DNA of 64,000 nt, taken from positions 124,001 through 188,000 of the forward strand of contig JABLTG010000002.1 in NCBI GenBank assembly GCA_016618085.1, in the 5' to 3' direction. Shown here in pieces: positions 36,052 through 46,904 of the stretch. The translations under genes and the position numbers were made by a program. How positions within the stretch are numbered: position 1 is the first letter of the stretch; the number at the start of each line of letters is the position of its first letter. The stretch comes from Neovahlkampfia damariscottae. Taxonomy: Eukaryota. Below the pieces are notes generated by a model. The model was not told the origin of the DNA, made no database searches, and worked only from the letters and a program-made list of their open reading frames with translations.

Positions 36052-38429
36052 TTATTTTTTATTTAAAAATTCATCCAACAAAGCCAATGCAACATTTTCT
36101 TCTTGTTGTAATTTTTTCTTTTTTAATTTAATTTCTTTTTTTTCATTTGAATTATCTCTTTTTCTTTTTTTATTATCATTTTCATTTTCTGATTCTGATT
36201 CACTTTTTCCTTCATCATCTTCAATCCATTCATCATCTGATGCTAAAGTAACTACAAATTTATCATCTTTTTCTTTTTTATTTTCAGATGGATCAATACC
36301 TTCTTTCATTAAAGATATTTGTTTTTTTAAATCTCTTAATTCTTTTTCATGTTCTAATTTCTTTTTTCTTCTTTCTCTAATATTTTCTCTAAATTTCATT
36401 TTATCTTCCATTTCATTTTCTTCTAAATTCTTTGATAAATTTTCTAAATATTTATTTTTCTTTTCTTCTAAATTTTCATTTTTTTGTTTTTCTTCAACTA
36501 ATGCTTCAAATTTTGATAATTCTTTTCCATCTTTAAATATTATATGTTTTTGTTTCTTTTTTAAATAATTTTTGTTTTGAATTGTATTATCTTCATTATC
36601 AGATAATTCATGATTCTCTCTTTTTAATTCAAATAAATCTTCATCTTGTTCATCATTTTGTTCATTTTTTATTAATTTTTTATATGCATCTGAAAATATA
36701 ACAATATTCTTTTTTGATGTTATTTTATCAATATTCTTTTTTCTTGTCTTTTTTTCTTTTCCTAATATTAATTCATCATCATCATCATTATTTGAATCAT
36801 TATCATCACTTGAATCATCATTATCACTTACATTTTTATTTTCAAGAAATGAAAAGTTTGGAATATCAATTAAACCTAATCTTTCTGAGAATTCTTTTAA
36901 AGGTAAATTATTTATATCTAATTTAATTGCAGTACAACCTTTATAAATTGATCTTAAATAAGAATCAAAATATTTCATTGCTAAATATTTTAATTTAACA
37001 TCATGTGAAATCTAAAAATATTTAATTTATTTAATTTATTTAATATTACCATTGCAGATAATTGATCTTTAATAGAAAGTGTTCTATTTGAATTTACTTT
37101 TGTTTGTTTAATTTGAATATTATTCTTTTCAATTTGATTTATAAATTCAATTTCTTCTTTTAAAATGAATAAAATTGATTTTCCTTGTGAATTATTTCTT
37201 GCAGTTCTACCTACTCTATGAATATAACTATATATAGTAGATATATTAATAATAATGATATTGTATATACCTTTTTAAATTTAATGGTAAATCAATTTGA
37301 ATAACAAAATCAACTCTTGGAAAATCTAAACCTCTTGATGCAACATCAGTACAAAATAAAAGAGAGAAATGTTTTGAAAGAAATTCTTCATAATTTTCTC
37401 TTCTAACATTTTGAGACATATTACCAGATAATTTATGTATACTTATACCCAATGATAATTGATGAAATATAGTTGATAAAAATGAAACTTGTTTTTGACT
37501 TGAACAAAATACAATAATTTTTGATTTTGTATGTGATTTTACAAATGAAAATAATACATCAATCTTTTCATATAATTCACATTGAATATAAGATTGATTT
37601 AAATTCTTTGGTGTAACTTCTTTTCCAATAACTGAAATATATTCTGTATTCTTTTTATTTAATGATAATCTCGTTAAATCTTTAACTTTTGATGTTTGTG
37701 TTGCAGAAAATAATATAGTTTGTCTTGTCTTTGGTATATTCTTTATAATTGCATTTAATTCTTTTTCAAACCCTAATTCTAATAATCTATCTGCTTCATC
37801 TAATACTAATATTTCTAAATTATCACAAGTAAATCCATAAGTTTCATCTAAATGTTGTAATAATCTACCTGGTGTTGCAACAAGTATATTCATTCCAATA
37901 ACAAACTTCTTTTCTTCTTCTACTTTTTTATTACCTCCTACAACTAATCCACATGAAAACATATGATACTTTGCAAAGGTTCTTAATACTTCAAATATTT
38001 GCTAATAATTATTTTATTAAAAAAAATATTGATTTTTACTAAGGCTAATTCTCTTGATGGTGTTAATATTAATGCACCTAATCCATCAAATGTTGTCCAT
38101 TTTTTACGATATAAATTTTCAATTAAAGGTATTAAAAAGGCAAGTGTCTTTCCTGAACCGGTTTTGGAAGCACCAAGAATATCTTTTCCACTTAATGCAT
38201 GTAATATTGATTTTTGTTGAATATCTGTCATTTTTGTATAATTTGATTCATTTAAACCTTTTTTAGTTTTTTTTGAAATTGGTAACTCTTCAAATAAAGT
38301 TAAACTCTTTTGATTTTTTCCTTTTTTTGGTTTCAATCTTTCAATTTCTTGACTTAATTCTTCAATTTCAGTGAATTTATTAAATTTATTTTTGGTTGTA
38401 GTTGTTGTTAGTTTTTTTTTTTGACCCAT
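36052..38429 (-). CDS. DDX10: DEAD-box RNA helicase DDX10/Dbp4
   Basis: ASKTGSGKTLAF, DGLGAL, PSRELA, TPGRLLQH, DEAD, SAT, RGLDFP, YIHRVGRTAR. Confidence 0.93.
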
Positions 38430-38532
38430 CGCAAACAATGATTGGTTGAAAAATATTTAGTCTTATTGGTTGAAGACTAATGTATGACAAAGTATGATTC
38501 AAATTAATATTGAGAATATATGTATAATGTAT

Positions 38533-39573
38533 TTATTTTTTTGGATATCTCCAATTATATTCTTCAAAACATCTTTTTAAATAACTAATGAATACATTCA
38601 TCTTTATCCAATCTTGATTTATATTAAATATTTTATAAAATGATATAATTATATTATTTAAAATTAATTCATTTTGATTGATTAAATTAAATAATTTACC
38701 AATCAATAAAATAGATTCTGTTTGTAAACAATCAGAATAAATAGCAGTTGAATATTTTGATATTTTTAATTCATTTCTAATTTTATTTGATGGTAATGAT
38801 TCATCTAATAAAATATTGATTATTAAATTTAAATCTTGTTTTAATTCATTAAAATTTATATCTTTAAAATTTAAATTTAATATATTTAATATTCCAAGTT
38901 CAATAAAACTATCTACATTTTGATAATCTTTAATAATATCATTTAATATTTCTCTAATTTCTATTTTATATTCTTCTAATACTCTCCAATTATCTCCTAA
39001 TATATTTAATATCTCATTCTTTAATTTATTATCATTAATATTTAAATCATTTAATTTAACAACAAAGAATTCATCCATCTCTTCAATCTCTTCATCTTCA
39101 TTTAAAATATTATAATCATCTTCTTGTTTTAATTCTTCAATGGTTCTTTCTTTTAAATAATCAAATATTTCTTCATTAATATCCAAATTAAATGATTCTA
39201 ATTCTTTCATTTTCTTTAAACATTGATTAAATTGATTTAAAAAATTTAAATTTTCTTTTTTCAATTCTAGAATATCCAAAATATTTGAATTCTTTAATTT
39301 TAAATTTTCAACTTCAAACTTAGAAATTAAATTATTATTTTCAGATATTATATTTATCAAGATTATAGTATTTTGTTTATAATATTCAACTTTATTTTGA
39401 ATAAAATAAAAGTTGTCCAATGATGTGTTATTAAAAATTAACACAACAATTGAATTTAAAGTTATTGAAAATTCATCATCTGATAAAAATATATTTGTTT
39501 CATCTTTTAATTTATCTTTAACTTTTTTAATATCTTCAAATTCATTTGACACAAGATGAATTTTAGTTTTCAT
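38533..39573 (-). CDS. Hypothetical protein (346 aa)
   Basis: Uninterrupted ORF with ATTGG 17 nt from the start; no motif recognised. Confidence 0.6.
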   Translation of the reverse strand: MKTKIHLVSNEFEDIKKVKDKLKDETNIFLSDDEFSITLNSIVVLIFNNTSLDNFYFIQNKVEYYKQNTIILINIISENNNLISKFEVENLKLKNSNILDILELKKENLNFLNQFNQCLKKMKELESFNLDINEEIFDYLKERTIEELKQEDDYNILNEDEEIEEMDEFFVVKLNDLNINDNKLKNEILNILGDNWRVLEEYKIEIREILNDIIKDYQNVDSFIELGILNILNLNFKDINFNELKQDLNLIINILLDESLPSNKIRNELKISKYSTAIYSDCLQTESILLIGKLFNLINQNELILNNIIISFYKIFNINQDWIKMNVFISYLKRCFEEYNWRYPKK

Positions 39574-39609
39574 TTTAGGTCTACCATTTGATTGGTTAAA
39601 ATAAGATTT

Positions 39610-41548
39610 TTATTTTTCTTCATCTGAATCAGATAAATATTGTTCATAACCAGTTGAATCAATATCAGAATCATTATCATATGGATCATGTTCTCCTTCA
39701 TCACCGTCAAACCAACTCCAATTTGAAATTACTAAATCATCAGATTGTTCAAAATTTGACCAATTTGCCCATTTTGAAGGTGGTTCAATATCAACAATAT
39801 CATCATCATTTAAATTATCATCATCATCTCTGTTATAAAATGTTTTTTCTTTTCCATATTTTTCAATATCTTTTTCATTTTGAAATACTACTTTATTTGC
39901 CCATGAACGTTCTTCTTTATCATAAACTTTTCTTGATACTCTTTTTTGAGTAATTTCTTCAATTAATTTTTCAAGTTTAATTAATTTTTCTTCTTCTCTT
40001 ATAGTAGGGAGCCAATATCTTACTAAACTACTTTTACAATTTTCAATTTCTTTATTTTTAAAGACTTCAATAATAAAATGTTTAACAAGTTCAAATTTTA
40101 ATGATTCTAATCCACATAATCCAAGACATTTTAATATTCTTGTAACTCTTAAATAATTATGTGAAGATGTATTAAGATTATGATATCTATTTTTATAATT
40201 TTTTGATCTCTTAACTTCACCTGTTTTATCATCAACTAATTCAATTCCATAAAAATCTAACATTAATTCATATGATTTTATTAAACGTTCTTTACATTCA
40301 TATGATTTTGATATTTCTTCTGATTCATATTTTGTCATTGGTTGAACTATAAAAATTAAAATAATAAAAAAAAAATAATACCATTTGCTAATCCTGTTTC
40401 TCTAATTGGAAATAAGAATTGAATATAATTATGTCTATCTTCTAACATATCATATTTTCCTTTCCATTTTTGTAATATTTCATCAACCATACCATCTTTT
40501 GATATATTTAAATTCATTAAATAGAGTTTTTACCTTTTGGTTGTGATTCTTTCTTTCCTTGATAGAATAATAAATTTTCAATATGTTCTTTATCATCTTC
40601 AGGATAATGATCAATATAAGAAGAAGAATAACTTCTAATTGGATTTTCTTTTCTTTTCTTTTCTTCTTGTTTGAGTTTTTCATAATAAGGTTCAACTAAT
40701 TTTCTAAATTCACCACCAAAATGTTGTGGTCTTTTACCAATAAGATAAAGAATTGAAAATAATTCTTGAACATCTTCGGGTAATTCAGGTAAATTCTCAA
40801 CATCTATTGAATGATCTTGAAAGACAGCAGTACCACTACTAGAAGCAGATGTTGGTGATTTTTCAGAAAACATATCAACTGCTGATTTTCCTGATGTTGG
40901 TGTAGTAGCTTCATACGTTAATATATCTAATTTTTTGATCCCTAAATCATCAATTGGTTTCATAGTTGCAAAAATATAATCTTGAACAACTTTCATTACA
41001 ATTGGTTTGTCAAATATTAATTGTGAAAATAATGGATAGATTTTTGATGCTGGTTCAATTTCAAACATAATATAAGAATAATTGCATAATCTATCAATCC
41101 AAGTGAATATATTTTCTGTTTGTTTGTAGGCTGAAATAAACAATTCAATGATTCCTTGTTCTTCTTCATTTTCCTTTGAATATATAAATTTGAAAAAATG
41201 AATTACTAATTTCTTGAATGGTGTTTCTATTTTTTTGATTAAATAATCTTCAACTTTGTTATGGAGAAACTTTTCAAATTCCGCCCCAAGAACTTTTTCA
41301 GGTCTAAAATTAAACACTTTGACAAATAAATCAGTATAGATAGTGAAAGGAATTTCTTAGAAATGTAAATAAATTGGATATTCTTACCAACATCTATTTG
41401 ATTAAACAATTTAGAAAAAAAAAAAAAAACTCTCATCTCCTTTTTCAAACAATGAAAATAAATTATCAATATCTTTTTTTAGTTCAACAATAGCTTTTTC
41501 ATCAAATTCTTGTTTCTTCTTTAAGTACTCCTTGACATTAAAATTCAT
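39610..41548 (-). CDS. OGFr-domain protein with cullin-repeat-like N-terminus
   Basis: C-terminal half NLLFYQG, LEDRHNYIQFLFP, SYELMLDFYG, SHNYLRVTRILKCL (opioid growth factor receptor conserved domain); N-terminal helical region with cullin-like pattern; 6-nt exon 41388-41393. Confidence 0.8.
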
Positions 41549-41700
41549 CTTTTTTTTTGATTTGTGAACCATTGGCTAAAGGCAATGATTTTTTATTTTT
41601 TAACAAAAATTCTTTTTTTCTTGAGAAATGAATAAAAAAATAAAATAAATTAAAACAAAAATCATTCGCAGAAACCAACCAATTAAATTTTGTTTTGAAA

Positions 41701-42518
41701 ATGATGAAAAAATTTGTTGCAACAGTGAAAACACAAAGCTTTGTAAGCATAAAAAAGATTAACTTTTTAAGAAAGTTGAAAACTCATACTTTACAAACAC
41801 ATTCAAAGGTGATAAATTCGAAAAAGATAAAATGGAAGTAAAAAAAAAAAAAAAAAACTCAAACAAAAGTTTCCAAAATATCCAACATCAAAAAGTAAAA
41901 CTATTCAAACATTTGCAAAAGATTTATTCAGGTACTTTTGATTTTTTAATAGTTTATTTTTTCACAGACACGGATATAACACAAACAATTTAGGATATTT
42001 TTATTATTCATTAAGAGAAATTCAAAAATTTATGAAAGGTAATTACAATCAAGGTATGAATTATAATTTAAAGATGACTAAATAATTTATTCAAAAAAGG
42101 TCTTCCTGCTATGAGAGACTCTGATTTTTATCAAAAGTTTTATGACCTTGGTATTGCTGATGATGTTACATTTGATTTATTTGATGAAATTTATGCAACA
42201 AAAAATGTTAAAAATGTTAAAGACATTATTGAATGTTATAATTTCTTATTCACTGGATATTACAAGTGTTTACCAGGTATGGTTACCTTAGGTGATAATA
42301 TTCCACAAAAATATGAAAGTCATATTCAAAAAATGAAAAATATTGTTGCTCAATTGTCAACAGAAGAAAGAAGAATATTTTTAGACGAAGGTCATGACTT
42401 TTCAAAATTCGGAGGTTTCACTGTTGAATCTTTAGGAAATTCACTTGGATTTGATGTATTATCACGTACACAATCTATTATGGAAGATGCAGAACTTGAA
42501 AAAATTGTTTCAAAATAA
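41701..42518 (+). CDS. Hypothetical protein, multi-exon
   Basis: Several short GT-AG introns and a final 135-aa exon; phase across the poly-A intron near 41840 is unresolved. Confidence 0.5.
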
Positions 42519-42585
42519 AAATAAAACTTTACTTTTTTCATTGGATGAATTCGTTTTAGAAGGACATCTTATTTGTTGACAAATT

Positions 42586-43746
42586 ATGACTTTTCTTATT
42601 CATGTCTTCAAATTATTTTCTTATTTGGCTGCTTTAATATTTGGAGCATGGTCTGTTAGTGAAGGAGGTTCAATTTTATCATTAGTTTATTTTTTTTTGT
42701 AGGAGAAATTCTTGGTTCTCATTACGACGCAAGTATTTTAGGTAAAGATTAATCTAAATAAATACATATTTAAAGGTGGTTTTATTATTGCCTGGTTGAA
42801 TACTGCTCCTGAAACGTTTGATTTTAACTATATATTAATTTTTAAATATTTTAGTATATTTTTTATTTCTGCCTTAGAAAGTAATAATCCTAATTTTGCA
42901 ATTGGAGCCATATCTGGTAGTGCTATTGTTGTTTGTACAGTTGCAGTTGGAGCCTGTGTGGTTGTTGGTAGCTTAAATCGATCAACTAAATCTATTTCTT
43001 TGCTTCCAAATGTTAGAAAACAAGCTATTCTATTAGGAGCAAGTTTAATTGTTCCAATACTTGTTTTAATTGGAGGTTTTCAAAAGATTACAGGATATAT
43101 TGGAATTGGATTATATTTAATGTTTGTTGTTTATACTTTATTAAAAAAAACAAATAATGAATCAAAAGAAGAAGACGAAAATGTAAATCAAGAAGAATCT
43201 GATGATGAAGAAGAACAACCAACTTGGAAGGGATTCTTACATTTAGCAATTGGAGGATTTGTTATTTATTTATTTTCTGAACCTTTTATTAATACTGTTG
43301 TACAATTTGGAACAGATATAAAGTTAAATCCTATTGTTTTAGCATTCTTTTTTGCTCCTATTGCTTCAGAAGCACCAGAAATATTAGAATCTATTAGTTT
43401 ATCCAGAAAAGGAAAATTACAAAATATTAATATTGCATTTTCAAATTTAGTAGGTGGAACTATTTCCAAAACTACTTTATTATTAGGAGTATGGTATTTG
43501 TTATATATTTTAAATAATATTATTTAGATTTTATGTTTCTATGGTATTAACAAGGATTTTGTTTGGAATTCACCTCAATATTCAATTTCAATGATATTAG
43601 TTATTATTTGTTCTGGTTCAACTGCTTTATTTGGTTTTTCAGAAATTCATTCAATCACGAAAGGATATTTATTACTTTTATTATTCACTTTTTGTTCAAT
43701 TGTTCAATTTGTTTTTTCATATTTTTATCAAACTGCAACAGTTTAA
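42586..43746 (+). CDS. Na+/Ca2+ (CaCA superfamily) exchanger-like membrane protein
   Basis: Alpha-1 (NTAPE..AIGAISGS) and alpha-2 (APIASEAPE..AFSNLVGG) repeats with acidic central loop; four introns. Confidence 0.85.
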
Positions 43747-43825
43747 ATAAATCTTTTAAAAAGTTAACCTCAAATTCATAAACATTTTTATTTTAGTATT
43801 TTTTTTTATCCAATAGAATTTTGAA

Positions 43826-44844
43826 ATGTTTAAAAAGAAGGTTCATGCATTGGCAAAAGATTCACTTTCACTTCAAATGAAGTCTATAGAGAAATTAAAT
43901 AATTTTAAAGTTGATTCAACCAAACCATTTATTAGTAATATTTATTTGTGTAATTGATTATTTTATTATTTCAGTCAGATTGGATGGAAATAACTTTTCA
44001 AAATTTACCAAACCATTTTTAAAACCATTTGATTCACATTGTAATTAATATTAATTTTAAAATATGAAATAGTACATGAAATATTTGTTCAATCCAGTTG
44101 TGAAATATTTGATAAATATTCACCAAAAGTCATTTATTGTTGTTCAGATGAAATTACCATAATGTATGATGGATTTAAAGATGAAAGATTTGTACCTTTA
44201 GCAGGTAGAATTCAAAAAATATCATCTTTATTTTCTTCATATTTTACCATTTATTTTAACAAAAATTTGAATGAAAATTTAAATAAATTTAAAGATTATA
44301 AAACATTTGAAGATATTAAAAAGAATATAAATAAAGGTGCAGCTTTTGATGCCAGAGTATTTAATTTAGAAAATGAAGATTTGGCTTTTAAAAATAGTAT
44401 ATTTATTTTAATTTAATTTAAATTTAAAGTAATTTGGAGATCAAAACATGACTGTAATTTAATATTATATTAATATTTTAAAGGTGTTAGAAATAGTAAA
44501 CATTTATTAGGATGTATGTATTTTTCTCAAAAATATTTAAATAATTTAAATCCAAATGAAATTATTAGAAGAGTAAAAGAACAATATAATGTTGTAAGCA
44601 TATTTATAATTTAAAATTAAAGGATTGGAATGATTTTCCTTCTCAATTTAAATATGGTACATTTATAAAAAAAGAGTTTGATTTAATTTATTTTTTAAAT
44701 ATTAAAAGGTTATATGAAAAAGATGGATATAATCCAATAGAAAATAAAATCATAAAATCAATGAGAAAGAGAAGTGTGCCAAAAAGTTTTAAAATTGAAG
44801 AAACAAAAGAGTTTCAAAATATTTTATTTTCAGAGTTTTGGTGA
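43826..44844 (+). CDS. Thg1-like 3'-5' nucleotidyltransferase (TLP)
   Basis: IIRLDGNNFSKFTK..KPFD, SDEIT, GRIQKISS, AFDARVF, IWR..DCVRNS, DWNDFP..KYGTFIK; six introns. Confidence 0.9.
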
Positions 44845-45090
44845 TTCAAGAATAGAAGGTTTAGTTTGATATAAACTTGATATTGTTCCTTGTCTTTTTA
44901 CAATTTCTAATTTTTCTTCACCACTTTTATATAATTTTTCAATTTCTCTTTCTTGGTTGGTATTTTTATATTTTCTAAAATCTTGTTTGACAATTCTTTG
45001 AATGTATTTTTTAACTCCTAATTCTTTAAATAATTTTGAGTATTTTAAATAACTTCGATATTGTCTTAAAATTTGGAATTTGTCAACCAT
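44830..45090 (-). CDS. LYR-motif mitochondrial protein
   Basis: ILRQYRSYLKYSKLF...VKQDFR...LEIVKRQGTISSLY (ISD11/LYRM4-like). Confidence 0.8.
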   Translation of the reverse strand: MVDKFQILRQYRSYLKYSKLFKELGVKKYIQRIVKQDFRKYKNTNQEREIEKLYKSGEEKLEIVKRQGTISSLYQTKPSILESPKL

Positions 45091-45558
45091 TCTTCACAAA
45101 AATTTTTTTTTGAGAATTATAGTGTTTTGATTGGTTCAAAATAATTGAAGAAATTTGACAACAACAAGAAAAAATTCACAAAGAATTTTTGAATGCGACT
45201 TAAGGTGGCAGTATGATGACTAAACGATTAAAAGGATAAAAAAATATATATATTGTATACTCAAAATATTTTCAACACTGGAGCTATGGACTTGTGACAA
45301 TCAAACTTAATCATATTCTCCTCATTTCATGATTGGTGAGTAAACAACATGGCAGAATCTGCTAAAAATATCAATTATTTGTCATATCATGGTATTAATA
45401 AATTAAAGTGTGAAATAAATAAAAAACAAATCTGTGTGAAAATAAATGAATTATTGCTGACAATTTTAACCTTTTGTCAAAATTAAGTTCAATAATTATT
45501 CTTGAAAAAGATGAAAAAATCCATAAATTAACAATAGTTTCTCATGAAAATTTATTTT

Positions 45559-45845
45559 TCATTGATTATTTGAATTTTTCATTTTATTGGTCATCTAGAT
45601 TGTTAAAACAAAAAAAGTAAAACCTCCAATATTTTTTCATCAATTTCTGAGAGTGATTCATTTTTATTTTCTTCATATATTTCTAAGTGATTTTTAATGA
45701 GTTGTTCTTCAATCTGCAGCAAATGAAGTTGGTAATTCAGTTTTTGTTTTAAAACTTTTAAAGTAGAAGACTCCACTTCCAGTTCTTTCAAAGTTTGATT
45801 TATTTGAAACTTCATTGCTTCATCATTTTCTTCAGAGTTAGTCAT
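45559..45845 (-). CDS. SNAPC5: SNAPc subunit SNAP19-like
   Basis: LKELEVESSTLKVLKQKLNYQLHLLQIEEQLI resembles the SNAPC5 helix; last exon inferred. Confidence 0.6.
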
Positions 45846-45861
45846 TTTTGATTGGATAAGA

Positions 45862-46208
45862 ATGAAAAGGAAGCACGAAAAAGAAGGAGAAGGAGAAATT
45901 TTCAAAAATGAGTTAGATCATTTATTAGAAAGGGAAACCGCATTAAAATTAGAATTATATCTTCTCAAATCAAAATCAATTCCGACAATTGAAGAAGAAG
46001 TAACCAATTTATTTTTGTAATTTAGAAAATGGACGAACTTGAAGACTTGATCGAAAAATGGATAAGTAGTTCTCAATTAGGACTAAATGAACTTCTATTA
46101 AGAATAAAATATACAAAACCAGAGATTACAATGGAGAAGTTATTGACTCATTTTAGAATTGATTCAAAAATTGTAAGATATGATGAAGAAGAAGAAGAAT
46201 TTTATTAA
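45862..46208 (+). CDS. SFR1: SFR1/Mei5 recombination accessory factor
   Basis: After one intron: LEDLIEKWISSSQ..LNEL...TMEKLLTHFRIDSKIVRYDEEEEEF, the SFR1 C-terminal pattern. Not in the ORF track. Confidence 0.75.
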
Positions 46209-46231
46209 ACAGTTCTTTATTTTACAATAAT

Positions 46232-46753
46232 TTAATACGAACTTTCTTCTTTCCAAGCATCCGTTAGATACCTAATTTTAAAAATTATAAAAAAAAATGC
46301 GAACTGATTCCAAAATCCAAAATTTTTTGCCAAGTCTGACATAAAGTTTCCTTCTTTTTCTTCTTGTTCTTCTTTTTGAATTTTTTCTTCCAACTCCTTT
46401 GTAACTTCGTCATCAGAGTCATTCAAATCTTCTTTTTCTTTATTTTCTTCACTTTTTTTTTTTTCTTCTTGTAATTGATGCTCCAGACTTTCAATTTCTT
46501 TGACTTCTTCTTCCTCGTTTTCATTTTCTTCCTCGTTTTTTTCTTCCGAAGATTTATTTTCATTCTCTTGAGAATTTTCATTTTCATCCATTTCTTCATG
46601 ATATTCATTTGAATTTTCTTTATTTGAAACTTCTTGATCTTTTGTTTTATTTTGTGAGAGATTATTTTTTGTTTCAATATTTTCATTGCAGTTTACGATT
46701 ACAACAAGTAACAGAAATAAAAGAAAAACTGCCAACTTCTTCAAGTTTTTCAT
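46232..46753 (-). CDS. Secreted acidic hypothetical protein
   Basis: Signal peptide then Glu/Asn-rich region; CCAAT 19 nt from the start. Confidence 0.6.
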   Translation of the reverse strand: MKNLKKLAVFLLFLLLVVIVNCNENIETKNNLSQNKTKDQEVSNKENSNEYHEEMDENENSQENENKSSEEKNEEENENEEEEVKEIESLEHQLQEEKKKSEENKEKEDLNDSDDEVTKELEEKIQKEEQEEKEGNFMSDLAKNFGFWNQFAFFFIIFKIRYLTDAWKEESSY

Positions 46754-46904
46754 CTCAACTCTTTTAAATTGACCAATAATTTTGATTCAATTTTAGAAAT
46801 CTGTGTAAAGAATAATATTTAATATTTTTAACAAATTAAACAAATTTTTGTTAAAAGTAAAATAGAGAAAAATTACTGGTTTTTTTTATAACCAATCAAC
46901 AGTC

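Noticed and set aside
45190..45240. U4 snRNA or C/D snoRNA-like text (GTGGCAGTATGATGA)
   Set aside because: No matching 5' stem-loop partner, Sm site or nearby D box; the region looks like decayed coding or intergenic DNA.
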